Positions 44,106 through 55,241 of a stretch of 64,000 nucleotides of DNA are shown here, one piece after another (within the stretch, counting starts at the first letter, position 1; each line of letters starts with the position of its first letter). Source of the DNA: an uncultured virus (IMG/VR IMGVR_UViG_3300017989_000070) (Duplodnaviria; Heunggongvirae; Uroviricota; Caudoviricetes); the IMG/VR virus record IMGVR_UViG_3300017989_000070; one strand, given 5' to 3'. A model generated the notes under the pieces. It did not search any database, was not told where the DNA came from, and saw only the letters and a list, made by a program, of their open reading frames with translations. The position numbers were made by a program, and so were the translations under genes.

Positions 44106-44176
44106 GCCCCTCCCCCCGCCTGACCCCTCTAAAGGTAGTAGAAAGAGCCCCCTGGTGCGCACCGGAATGCGCAGAA

Positions 44177-44263
44177 GTGCGTAACTTTCTACGCACCTGA
44201 GACCCTTTTCCAGCACTTGCCTCTAGTGTTTTCAGGTACTTAGGTTTTGGCACGGGTCTTGAT
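44177..44263 (+). promoter_or_regulatory. Sigma54-like module: palindrome, IHF-like site, -24/-12 box
   Basis: GTGCGTA-N6-TACGCAC; TTTCAGGTACTTA; TTGGCACG-N4-TTGAT. Confidence 0.65.
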
Positions 44264-44318
44264 ACATAGGCTGGGTGTTCGGCACGGAGGCCGGGCGGCG
44301 AAAAAAGATTCAGGGGAG

Positions 44319-44346
44319 TGTCAGAGACCGCCACTCCCCGGCGTCT
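44319..44346 (+). promoter_or_regulatory. Class II ECF-like promoter
   Basis: TGTCAG-N16-GCGTCT. Confidence 0.75.
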
Positions 44347-44363
44347 GAGAGGCAGGAGGCAAC

Positions 44364-46691
44364 ATGAAGGCACGCTACTCGGGAATCTGTCGTCGGTGCG
44401 GGATGAGCTACCCCGAGGGTACGGACATCTCGAACGTCCGCCCCCACGGCTGGGTCCACACCCGCTGCCCCGAGAGCAAGGACGACGCCCAGGCGCAGGC
44501 CGACAAGGTCGTCGCCGCGAAGCGCGCCGCCAAGACCGCCGCCTCCACCGTCGACAACGGCATGTTCACCGTGCCCCATCCCTACGACGCCCAGTTCGTC
44601 GCCACCGTCAAGTCGATCCAGGGTCGCCGCTGGAACGGTGAGGCGAAGGTCTGGTCGGTGCCCGTCGAGATGTTCCCCCAGGCCGTCGAGGCGATGGCTC
44701 GCTTCTCGAAGGCCTACGCCGAGCGCATGCGTGACGGCGAGCAGTTCGCCGCCGCTCGCGAAGCCTTCGCCGAGGTCCAGGGCCGCATCGACGCCTCCCG
44801 CGCCGCGGACGCCGACCTCGACATCCCGGCCCCCGATGGCCTCGACTACCTCCCCTACCAGCGCGCTGGCATCGGCTTCGCGCTGGGCAACGACGCCGTG
44901 CTCATCGGCGACGAGATGGGCCTCGGCAAGACGATCCAGGCGCTCGGCGTGATCAACGCCGACGAGAGCGCCAGGCGCGTGCTCGTCATCTGCCCCGCCA
45001 GCCTCCGGCTGAACTGGAAGCGCGAGGCCGAGAAGTGGCTCGTGCGCGACTTCGACTTCACCGTCGTCGAGGGCCGCAAGGCCACCATCCCCGCGCTCTC
45101 CGAGCGCCACGTCGTCATCGTGAACTACGACGTGCTCAAGGCCCACCACGACGTGCTCCACTCGACCGAGTGGGACGTGCTCGTGGTCGACGAGGCCCAC
45201 TACCTCAAGAACCCGAAGGCCCAGCGGACCTCCGAGGTCTTCGGGCGCTGGAACAAGGACGCCGCCAAGGCGCTCCCCGCGCTCGACGCGAAGCGTCGCA
45301 TCTTCCTCACCGGCACCCCTATCCCGAACCGCCCCATCGAGCTTTGGGCGCTCGTGCGCAGCCTCGACTCCCAGAGCCTCGGGCGCTCGTGGAAGGGCTT
45401 CGCTCGCCGCTACTGCGACGCCCACGAGACCCGCTACGGCTGGGACACCTCGGGCGCGTCGAACCTCGACGAGCTTCAGCAGCGCATGCGTGCCACGTTC
45501 CTCGTGCGCCGCCTCAAGGCCGACGTGCTCAAGGAGCTTCCGGCGAAGCGTCGTCAGCTTATCGTGCTCCCCCCGAACGGCGCCGCGAAGCACGTCCGCG
45601 CCGAGCAGAAGGCCATCGCGGCTCGCGAGGAGACCGAGATTCGCCTCCAGGTCGCCGCCGCGCTCGCCAAGGCAGCGGATGACGACGAGGCCTACGAGGC
45701 CGCGGTCGCCGAGCTTCGCGACGCCCTGCGCGTGGCCTTCGAGGAGATGGCCGCGCTCCGCCGCGAGACCGCTGTCGCGAAGATCCCGCACGTCGTCGAG
45801 CACGTGCGCAACGTCGTCTCCTCCGCCGGTCAGGTCGTGGTCTTCGCCCACCACAAGGACGTGGTCAAGGGCATCCGCGAGAAGCTCGAAGCCGGGTCGA
45901 AGACCGACGAGCCACTCACCTGCGTGCAGATCACTGGCGACACCCCGATGAAGGATCGCGACACCGCCGTCCAGGCCTTCCAGGCTGGCCAGGCGCAGGT
46001 ATTCATCGGCAACATCCAGGCCGCGGGTGTTGGCCTCACGCTGACCGCCTCCTCGCACGTCGTCTTCGCCGAGTTGGACTGGGTGCCCGGCAACGTGACC
46101 CAGGCCGAGGACCGCTGCCACCGCATCGGCCAGACCGCCTCGGTCACCGTGCAGCACATCGTGCTCGAAGGGTCCATCGACGAGACCATGGCCCGGACGC
46201 TCATCGAGAAGCAGGCCGTCCAGGACGCCGCTCTCGACACCCGGCACGACGGGGTCGACGTGGACGCCGCCATCGAGAACGGCGCCGACGACATCGAGGA
46301 GAGCTTCTCGGTCAGCGAGTGCCGCGTGACCCGCGAAGCCGCCGAGCGCCGCGAGCAGCGTGCCGCCGAGCAGGCTCGCAAGAGCGCCGCTCGCGAGGCC
46401 AAGCGCGCCGAGGTCATCCGCGTCGCCCGTGAACTCTCCCCCGCGAACTCCCAGGCCGTCCACGAGGCGCTCCGCCAGGTCGCCGCCGCCTGTGACGGCG
46501 CTCGCGAGCGTGACGGCTGGGGCTTCAACAAGATCGACACCGCGGTCGGCAAGGCGCTCGCCGCGCAGCCCGAGCTTTCGCCCCGCGAAGCGGCGCTCGG
46601 CCAGATGATCGTGCGCAAGTACCGCCGCCAGGTGGACGAGGCCACCTACGCCGTCGCCATGCGGCGTGACGGGGCCTCTGACGCCGCCTAG
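44364..46691 (+). CDS. SNF2-family helicase (SMARCAL1/HARP-like)
   Basis: GDEMGLGKT, CPASL..NW, DEAH, LTGTP..N, GVGLTL, QAEDRCHRIGQ; HARP-like segment near the N-terminus. Confidence 0.93.
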   Translation: MKARYSGICRRCGMSYPEGTDISNVRPHGWVHTRCPESKDDAQAQADKVVAAKRAAKTAASTVDNGMFTVPHPYDAQFVATVKSIQGRRWNGEAKVWSVPVEMFPQAVEAMARFSKAYAERMRDGEQFAAAREAFAEVQGRIDASRAADADLDIPAPDGLDYLPYQRAGIGFALGNDAVLIGDEMGLGKTIQALGVINADESARRVLVICPASLRLNWKREAEKWLVRDFDFTVVEGRKATIPALSERHVVIVNYDVLKAHHDVLHSTEWDVLVVDEAHYLKNPKAQRTSEVFGRWNKDAAKALPALDAKRRIFLTGTPIPNRPIELWALVRSLDSQSLGRSWKGFARRYCDAHETRYGWDTSGASNLDELQQRMRATFLVRRLKADVLKELPAKRRQLIVLPPNGAAKHVRAEQKAIAAREETEIRLQVAAALAKAADDDEAYEAAVAELRDALRVAFEEMAALRRETAVAKIPHVVEHVRNVVSSAGQVVVFAHHKDVVKGIREKLEAGSKTDEPLTCVQITGDTPMKDRDTAVQAFQAGQAQVFIGNIQAAGVGLTLTASSHVVFAELDWVPGNVTQAEDRCHRIGQTASVTVQHIVLEGSIDETMARTLIEKQAVQDAALDTRHDGVDVDAAIENGADDIEESFSVSECRVTREAAERREQRAAEQARKSAAREAKRAEVIRVARELSPANSQAVHEALRQVAAACDGARERDGWGFNKIDTAVGKALAAQPELSPREAALGQMIVRKYRRQVDEATYAVAMRRDGASDAA

Positions 46692-47386
46692 AGGCGCGGG
46701 AGTACCAAGGCCCCCGGGAGCCCCTCCCGGGCTTCTGGGGGCGTTCTGAGGGGTCTGAGAGAGTAGGAGAAAGAGCATGAAGACGTTCCACCAGCCCGTC
46801 GCCATATTCCGCAAGAACGAGGCCCCCCAGTACGTCACCTTCGGCGAGCCCGAGTCGCTGGAGATGCACCTCTCGGCGTACAGCGCCGACGCCGCGTTTC
46901 TGCGCAAGTGGGGCAAGACGATCAAGGCGTCGGGCGGGAGCTACTCCTCCATCCGAGGGGGCCGGGACACCCGCTTCGTCACCATGCCGCTCAACGAGGG
47001 CACCCGCGCCACCATCAACGAGATGATGGACACGGAGTTCTCGTTCCGGGGGTCGCAGTTGGTCGTCGTCGCGCGGACGCCGGGGAGGCTCCCGTCGTGG
47101 GTCCTCGTGCACACGCTCACGGAGGACGACGGGCCCGACTACGTCGGGAGCTTCGTCGAGATGTACGAGGCGGCGCTGGAGAGCGCGGCGGCGCGGGGCA
47201 TCGACGGCATCGAGTTCGGCGAGCCCCCGGTCGAGACGCCCGAGCAGATGCGCGAGCGCATCGAGAGCAGGGTCGAGGGTCGCAAGATCAAGGTCGCCAG
47301 GCTGGAGCAGGAGATCGAGAAGCTCAAGTCGGAGAACCGGCAGGACCGCCGCGCCCTCGCGAATCTCAAGGGTGCCGCACTGTAGC

Positions 47387-47414
47387 TGTCAGAGAACACT
47401 GGTGGGCAGCGTTC
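47387..47414 (+). promoter_or_regulatory. Class II ECF-like promoter
   Basis: TGTCAG-N16-GCGTTC upstream of 47434. Confidence 0.65.
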
Positions 47415-49344
47415 ATCAGGTGGAGGGATTGAGATGAAGGATTCCGTGACCGTGACCACGACCACGACCGTGAACGAAGAGACGATTGTCGGGCTGCTCG
47501 CCTGCGGCTTCGAGGGCGGGGTCAACTACTGGCTGCGCATCGAGGACTACATCGAGCCCGAGACGGTCCGCACCGTGACGACCAACACGTGGAACTTTGG
47601 CGAGGGGAAGGTATTCAAGCACATCGACTACCCGCTCTCCGAAGGCGGGGGTGTCGTGTGCCGCGACATGGAGTCGGGAGAGGAGCACACCCTCGACGGC
47701 GAGGCCATCCGGCGCGGCGTCCAAATCATGGCCCGGGACTGCCCCCACCACTGGCAGGACGTCGTGCGCGACAGCACCGACGCCACCACGGGTGACGTGT
47801 TCATCCAGTGCTGCTTGCTCGGGAAGCTGGTGTACGGATGAAGAACCTGAAGCTCAAGGCGGTCGCGTTCGAGGCCGAGTGCCCGTACTGCGGCGACGCG
47901 ATCGAGACCGAGAAGAGCCTGCGCTCCACGTGGTGGGTCTACGACGTGGACGCGGCCTCGACGGTCACCTGCGAGAACTGCGGCAAGACCGTCAAGGTCG
48001 GGACGCCCAGGCGAGTCGAGGTGAAGAGATGATGACGCACGACGAAATGGAGAAGCGGCTCGACGAGTGGGTGCAGCGCCACCCCCGGGCGCGAGTGCGG
48101 TTCAACGTCGCCCCGCGCTACACGGCGGGGAGCCCCGCGATGGTCCCGATGAAGACCGCGCTGCGCGTCGCCGAGCAGGAGCGGCGGGGCTACCACTATG
48201 CCGCCGACGCGCGGTATGGCCTGGACGACGTCGAGCGCGCCCGGCGCCTCGGCGTCAAGGGCATCGTGACGGCCACCCGCGAGGTGCGTGGCAAGGTCCA
48301 GACCCTGGACCTGTTCACCGGGGAGGCGTCATGAGGCTCATCGCGACCGAGGTGTGGCGGGACGAGCACCATCGTCGCCGCATCCGCCACTACGACAACG
48401 GCAGGCTCGACCCCTACCCCTGGGGGCCCGGCTACTACGTGATCCCCCGGCGAGGTGGAGCAGTCCGAGCCTGGCGCGAAGGACTCGACGTCGCGCCGAC
48501 GCTGCACGAGGCCGAGGCCTCACTGAAGATCTTGGAGGAGTCATGAACATCCACAAGAAGGCTCTCATGTGCCAGGACGGCGTCAACCCTCGCGCCATCG
48601 CGAGGCTGCTCGTCGAGGCGGTCGACGCCGCGTGCGAGGGCACCGGCTCGGACGGCGCGAAGGGCGACTCCGCGGTCTACCTCGTGATGGACAAGCTCGC
48701 GTCGCTGGGGCTCTACCCGCAGAGCTTCGACGGCTACGGCGAGCACTACGACACGTGCGACCGCCTGGCGGAGGAGGTGCAGTCATGACGTTCCTCAACG
48801 AGACTCAGATCGACGACCTCTCCATCGAGCAGGCCATCGACGCCGGGGAGGTCGCCCGGGGGGTCTATCAGGAGAACCTCCTCGATGGCGTCGAGTCGTG
48901 GAGCGGGTCGACGCTGCGGGGCAAGGCGGCGAAGTACGGCGCCCGGTACTCGCGCAGCGCGGGAGCGATGCTCCGACGCATCGACGCGGCGGTGCGCCCC
49001 CTGGGTCTCCGGGCCTCGACGGACCTCCGCCTGCTCCCCGCGGGAAATGGCACCCTGCGCCGCTGGCAGCGGATGCTCGTCATCACGGAGGAGTCATGAA
49101 GAAAGTCAAACTCCAGGCCGTCGCGTTTCACGGGTACTGCCCCCACTGCGGCGCGAGCCTCACGATGCCCGTGCGCACCGCGGTGCCCGAGAGCTTCGTG
49201 TGGACGGCGGACGAGGTCTTCGTCCTCGAAGGCGAGGACCGCACTGTCGGGTGCCCCGCGTGCAGGAGAACCAGCGCAATCGCCCTCCCGAAGCGCGTGA
49301 TGGTGGACTAGTTAGATGCGTCTACAACACCCGCTCAGGATCGA

Positions 49345-49403
49345 CGGAAGCACACCCCCGAAGGCCCTGGTATTCGGGGGAGCTTCCGGCCACGAGAGGG
49401 GCC
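49345..49403 (+). repeat. Intergenic hairpin repeat, copy A
   Basis: CGGAAGC...GCTTCCG stem; 21-nt CTTCCGGCCACGAGAGGGGCC identical to 56792-56812. Confidence 0.75.
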
Positions 49404-49480
49404 GTCTTGGCCCGGGAAACACCCGTGTAGAGGCCTTCCCAGCGGTGAGAAAAACGGGTGGCACCGGGGGCGAAAAAACA

Positions 49481-49508
49481 TGTCAGGTTCGAGGCGCTCG
49501 AAGCGTCG
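49481..49508 (+). promoter_or_regulatory. Class II ECF-like promoter
   Basis: TGTCAG-N16-GCGTCG upstream of 49533. Confidence 0.7.
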
Positions 49509-51048
49509 ACAGGGTGTAGGAGGAGAGAGGCCATGCTGAAGAACAACGACATCGAGGAGACCCTCCAGCGGGTCACCGACCGCGTGCTCGACGCCTTCGA
49601 CGGCGCGGTCAAGGACGAGATCGAGGCGCTCCACGCGAAGCTCCTCGACGCCCACGAGCGGAACCAGCCACTGGCCGTGGCCGAGGCCGGGATCGCCATC
49701 CTGCACCTGATGACGCTGGTGGCGATGAGCGGCAAGGGCCTCGGGGTGACCTGCGACATCGCCTTCGACGCCTCGATGGACCGCTTCGAGGACCTCATGC
49801 AGCGCATCATCGACGGGAGCTATAATCAGGCGCAGACCGTCGAGTTGACGGAGCGCAACATGCAGCGTTTCTTCACGCGGCTCGCGGAGAAGGGCGCTCG
49901 ATCCCCGGGATTCACCGGGCCAGGAGGTGCAGCGTGAGGAATCTGGCAAAAGCGGCCTACCGCGGATTCGTCGAGGGGAGGAACCACCACCGGAGGATGG
50001 GGGAGAGGTTGCCCCCGTACACCGACTCGTCCCTCGAACGGGTCGCGGACGACATCGCGGGTGTCATCCACGACGACGTGGGTGAGAAGTTCAACCTGTC
50101 CTCCCGGCAGGAGACCAGGCTCGCTCGCGAGGTCGGACGGGCGATCTCGATGTTCGACCCCGAGGAACCACGGCTGCGTGACCCGCTGGTGCACAGCACC
50201 ATCCGCGGCATCGCCCTCGACCTCCACTTGCAGCGATGAAGCGCGTCTGCTCGTGGTGCGGCGACACGCTCACCGAGGGGGACGAGCCCATCTCGCACGG
50301 TATCTGCGAGTGGTGCGAGCGCGCGATGCTGAGCGACCTGCCCAAGCTCCGGCGCTCGCGGAAGCAGTACATCGCAGCGGACGGCCACGGCGCGATCCGC
50401 GTGTTCGAGCGGCTCATCGACGCGAGCCGCGGGATTGACGGGAGGCGACATGCTCAGTGACCACAAGCTCTACGCGCGCATCGCCGACAGCGTGCTCGAC
50501 GACAAGGACTTCGGCGTGATCTGCTTCGGGCTGCGCGACGGGCGCGTGGTCGAGCAGCAGACGCTCGTGCGCGGCGTCCAGGGCGCGCCGGACCTGATCG
50601 GCATGAGCGAGGCCGAGGTGCTCGACTGGACGCGCCTCGACACGACCGGCCAGCACCCCGAGACCTACCATGAGCTTGCCCCGACGCGGCTCGGGCCGTG
50701 GTCGTCGTTCTGCTCGACGCTGCCCGTGCGATAGAATCCCCACAAAAGGAGAGGCCCCATGATGAATGTCACCGTCAACGTGATGAATTGCCAGGCACAC
50801 GTAATGGATGCGCCCGACTGGTACGAGTTGGAACTCTTCCGCCTCCTGGCCGACGACGGTCTGGCCGCGCTCATCAAGATCCGGCGGAACCGGGGCACGC
50901 TCGTCGTGTCCGCGCCGCACGGTGGGGGTGACATGGCGATGCACGAGGCCTGGACCGCCATCCTGTCGAACTACGTCGCCCTCGCGATGGGCGACGAGGA
51001 CTACGGCTGGGAGGAATGACCCCCCAGGTGCGAAGAACCCTTCCCGGT

Positions 51049-51135
51049 AGTGCGTAACGCTCTACGCACTTGAGGCCCTTTGGGCCTCGTAAGTAGCTGA
51101 AATCACATACTACAAGTGTTGGCACGGGGATTGAT
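51049..51135 (+). promoter_or_regulatory. Sigma54-like module, second copy
   Basis: AGTGCGTA-N6-TACGCACT; TAAGTAGCTGAAA (IHF-like, inverted); TTGGCACG-N4-TTGAT. Confidence 0.65.
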
Positions 51136-51209
51136 ACATGGGTGGGGTGTGCGTGAGATGCGAAGCAGCGGGGCCCAGGTCGGAGAGGGTGAAAAAGTTC
51201 GCCCCGGGC

Positions 51210-51237
51210 TGTCAGGAATGCCCGAGCTTCGGCGTCT
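51210..51237 (+). promoter_or_regulatory. Class II ECF-like promoter
   Basis: TGTCAG-N16-GCGTCT, followed by AGAGAGTGAGAG. Confidence 0.75.
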
Positions 51238-52740
51238 AGAGAGTGAGAGCGGGAGGACAGGGATGACCGTCAAGTTCCACAACTTCGAGCCCTGCGTCCA
51301 CGGGGGCGCCACGTCCTTCATGACGGTCGAGGACGGCAACGTCCTCGTCTACATCGAGAAGTTCAGCTACGTGCCTCGCGGTCGCGTGCACGACTACGGC
51401 GTGCGTGTCATCCGCGACGGCAGCGGGACGTGGGAACGCCCCGACCCCCGCGCCGCGGTGTTCGCGGTCGGTGAGTGGCGCGACGAGACGATGTTCCCCT
51501 CGTGGCACGAGGCGCTCTCTGCGGCGAAGCGGTACGCGCTCGCGCTCATCGAGGGAACCGACACGCGGCCCGAGTGGGAGGCGTACCGCGAACTCGCCAA
51601 GGAGGCGTACTGATGCCCCACTGCCCCATCTGCGGACACCGCTTCGAGACCGAGGAGAGCCTCGACGCCCACGTCCCGTGCCCCGAGGACGGGACCGAGT
51701 GGGCCCCCACGCCGCTGGAGCGCCCCCCGCGTCGTCGGCGCAGTCGCGCGCCCTCGACCGCGCCCACGGGGCCGCTCTCGTTCGGCGAGCGCGAGGTGCT
51801 CGGTGCGCTCCGCACCGACGAGAGCCTGTCGCTCGCGGCGCTCTCCCGCAGCGTCGGCATCGAGGCAGGGCACCCGGACGCGGAGCACAAGGTCGCCGCG
51901 TTCGCGGGGCGCCTGACGCGGCGCGGCCTCGCAAAAACCACGATGGGTCACCGGACGACCCGCTACTGGAGGACACGATGAACACCGCTGCGGTCTGCCT
52001 GTACTGGACGAACGGCTCCTACGTGAACTCCGAGTCCTCGGAGTTCGAGGGCACCATCATGGAACTCCTCGCGCAGTTCGGCGCGCCGAGCCACATCCGC
52101 GTGCTCGACACGCGGTACGTGCTCGACGAGGAGTCGGTCGACCGCGAGTGGCCCGACTGCCTCTTCGCGGCCCTGACCCTGATGTGGGCGCCGGGCGCCT
52201 ATGCGAACGTCACCGATGACTGGCGCGACTTCGACGACACCGTGCGCACGGAGTCCGCCGAGTTCGGCGCGCCGTCGCAGGTCCGAGTGCACCGCACGCT
52301 CTTCACCCTGACCGAGGAGGATGCCCATGCGTAAGCGCCACCAGACGATCACCACGGACCCGGAGAACTGGGTCTCCACGGACCCCATCTCCGCCGACCT
52401 CTACGCGGATGGCGACCACCTCCGCCTCGACATCTACGACGGCGAGATCTTCGAGGTCGTCGCGGTGTCGCAGGCGAAGCTCCAGGCGGAGTTCGCAGGC
52501 GACGACCTGATGGCGGACACGAAGGGCTGGACCATCAAGATCTTCAACGTCAGCCACACCGGGGCCATCGACGAACACCCCACGGTCACCGTCTACTGGG
52601 GCCCCGACGTGGGGCTGCGCGGGGCCGTGTGGGAGGCCTACGAGGGCTCGGTCAGCAAGGCGGACTACGGCGGCATCAGCCGCACGGCCTCGGACCCCAT
52701 CGCGGCGGCGGTGAAAATTCTCGCAAACATCATCTGAGGC

Positions 52741-52768
52741 TGTCAGAGAGCGGCAAGTCTCAGCGTCT
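52741..52768 (+). promoter_or_regulatory. Class II ECF-like promoter
   Basis: TGTCAG-N16-GCGTCT, followed by AGAGAGTGAGAG, upstream of 52795. Confidence 0.75.
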
Positions 52769-55241
52769 AGAGAGTGAGAGGCAGGAGGAACAGGATGGCG
52801 AACTGGGTGACATGGTTGACGGCGGAAGGTTGGAGCGGCTGGCACGTGCAGGAGTCGCGCGACAGCGCGACGACCGTGTGCGGCCTGGCCGTCCCCGCCG
52901 TGCCCGTGTCGAAGCCCGAGCGCAAGACCGCGCTCCTCGACATCCGGTGCTTCGACCTCGGGTCGGGCCCCGCCATGGACACCAAGCCTTGCCCGGTGTG
53001 CCGTTTGCGACTCGACATCGAGGCGCTCGAAAAGACCCTCGCCATCTGCGGCGACAACGAGGCCCTGCGCGTGGTGCGCGAGGCGACCGAGGCCGCTCTC
53101 GCGGACAAGCGCCGCGAACTGGAGGCAGCATGCTGAACGACTTCATCCAGGCCGTGCGCGACATGGACGAGCGCCACCGCTACTTCCACCTCACCCCGTG
53201 CGGCGGATGCGGCCAGCCCTCGTTCCAGCAGCCGTGTCCCCTGTGCGGCTACTACCCGATGGGCAACGACCCCGCCGAGCGCGAGCGGTGCTCGGGCCCG
53301 ACGCGCGAGGACTGGCTGCGCATGGTCCGCGGCAACGTCGCGCTCTGGTACGTCAGCCGGGGGCGCAGGACCCTCTCCTGGAAGACCGACTCGATGTTCC
53401 GCGAGAGCATCGAGCGCCTGGAAGACGAGGCCCGAGCGATGAAGCAGCCGTCGCCCGAGGAGATCTACGACGCGGTCATGTCGGAGGTGAAGTGATGCCC
53501 TACCCCTACAAGCATGTCTTCGTCTACAACGAGTCCTGCCTCTACCGCGAGCGGCAGACCTTCCACCGCGCGAACGACCAGGGGCTCCCGGCCTGCGGCG
53601 CGCGGGTCGACGAGGTGTCCCTGGAGGGCACCGACAACGGGTTCTCGGACGGGCGCATGCCCTGCCGCCGATGCTTCCCCCCGCAGCGCAAGGGTCTCGG
53701 TCCGCGCGTCCGCGAGTTCCTCGACGCGAAGGGCTACGAGAACGTGCTGTCGTCGGGCGGGTGCCCGGTCACCGTCGCGCTCCCGAAGGGGGATGCGGGA
53801 GTGCTGGTCGCCACCATCAGCAACCACTGCGACTGGCAGTGGGGCAAGGACGGCAACGTCGAGATCTTCTCGATCATCAAGGAGGTGAAGTGATGCGCTA
53901 CTCGATGGACCACACCTACGCTGAAGAGGCCCTCGTCCGGTACGAGGAGCAGCCCTTCAAGGTCGTCGCGGTCGCGCTCGACGAGGGGCAAGGAGAGTAC
54001 CACGTGCTCAAGCAGCCGAGCTTCCGCAGCGGCGGGACGCACTGGCCTGCCGAGTACCGGCTCGTCCGCGCGACCCAGATCCAGGGCGCGCCGGGTGTGC
54101 TCACGTTCCGCGGCGAGGTGCTCCACACCGAGCAGCCAGGGCGCAAGTGGAAAGAGTGCGAGAGCCGCATGGCCTACTACGCCCAGGAGCACGCCTACGG
54201 GCGCACGCCGAAGATGGGAGGCAAGTGATGCCACGTACCAACCACGTGACCTCGATGCACTGCACGCTCGAACTGGGCCGCGACGCCGAGGCCGCACACC
54301 CCGAGACCGGCGACGACTGGTTCGTCACCGCGTCGTTCGGCTCGCCGCGCGAGGCGTGCGCGTACCTCCACCAGTGGGGGCCGATGTCGATCGGCGCCGC
54401 GCACACGCTCTACAACCGGCTGGTGGGCAAGTTCGCCGCAGCCAGCCAGGCAGTGGGTAAGGCGCTCGACGCCGTCGCCAACGAGAAACAGACGACAGTG
54501 GCGCTCCAGCGCGACATCGTCGTCAACGGCAAAGACGTGCCGCGGGGCACCTACGTCGAGGTGATCGGGACCGCGGGGCCGGGTGAGTTCACGATCCAGG
54601 CGCCCGGCCTGCCGATGGTCGTCGTCCCGCAGTCCTGGGTCGAGGGGGAGGCATCATGAGCCGAGTTCGACACCTGAACGTCAAGGGGCCGCGCCGCCAC
54701 GTCCAGCAATACGTGGGGCGCACGATGAAGACGCTGCTCCGCCAGGGCGTGTCCTGGCGCGACATGTGGGTCGCCGAGGGTATCAACGACGCGCCGGTCT
54801 GCACCTGGGCCGCGACGCTGTACTGGAGGGAGGCCGTTCGATGAAGTGTCCCGACTACCACCGCTTCTTGCTCAAGGGTATTGGCCGCGACGTGCTCTCG
54901 GGCATCCTCGTCAACGAGACCCCCTGGCACAAGTGGCCGATGGGGATCATGTGGGACACCTGGCGCGTGCTCGTCGCCGTCGAGGCCCAGGACGAGTTCG
55001 GCGGCGTCGTCCACGTCTCCCTCGACTACGACATGCTCGACGAGGAGGACCACGACCGCGTGTTCGGCTCGCTCCACGACTTCGTGGAACTCGTCGGCGA
55101 GCAGGCCGAGGAGGCCGTCGAGAGCGGGGACATCGAGAGCCACGCGGACATCTTCGAGGGCACGCTGCTCAAAGCCATCGCCGAGGATGGCTACACGCGC
55201 CCCTACACGATCACCGGCACCGCCATCGACCTGGAGGCAGC

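Noticed and set aside
31391..49099. Recurrent GGAGGAGTCATGA string
   Set aside because: Explained by RBS plus overlapping stop/start translational coupling
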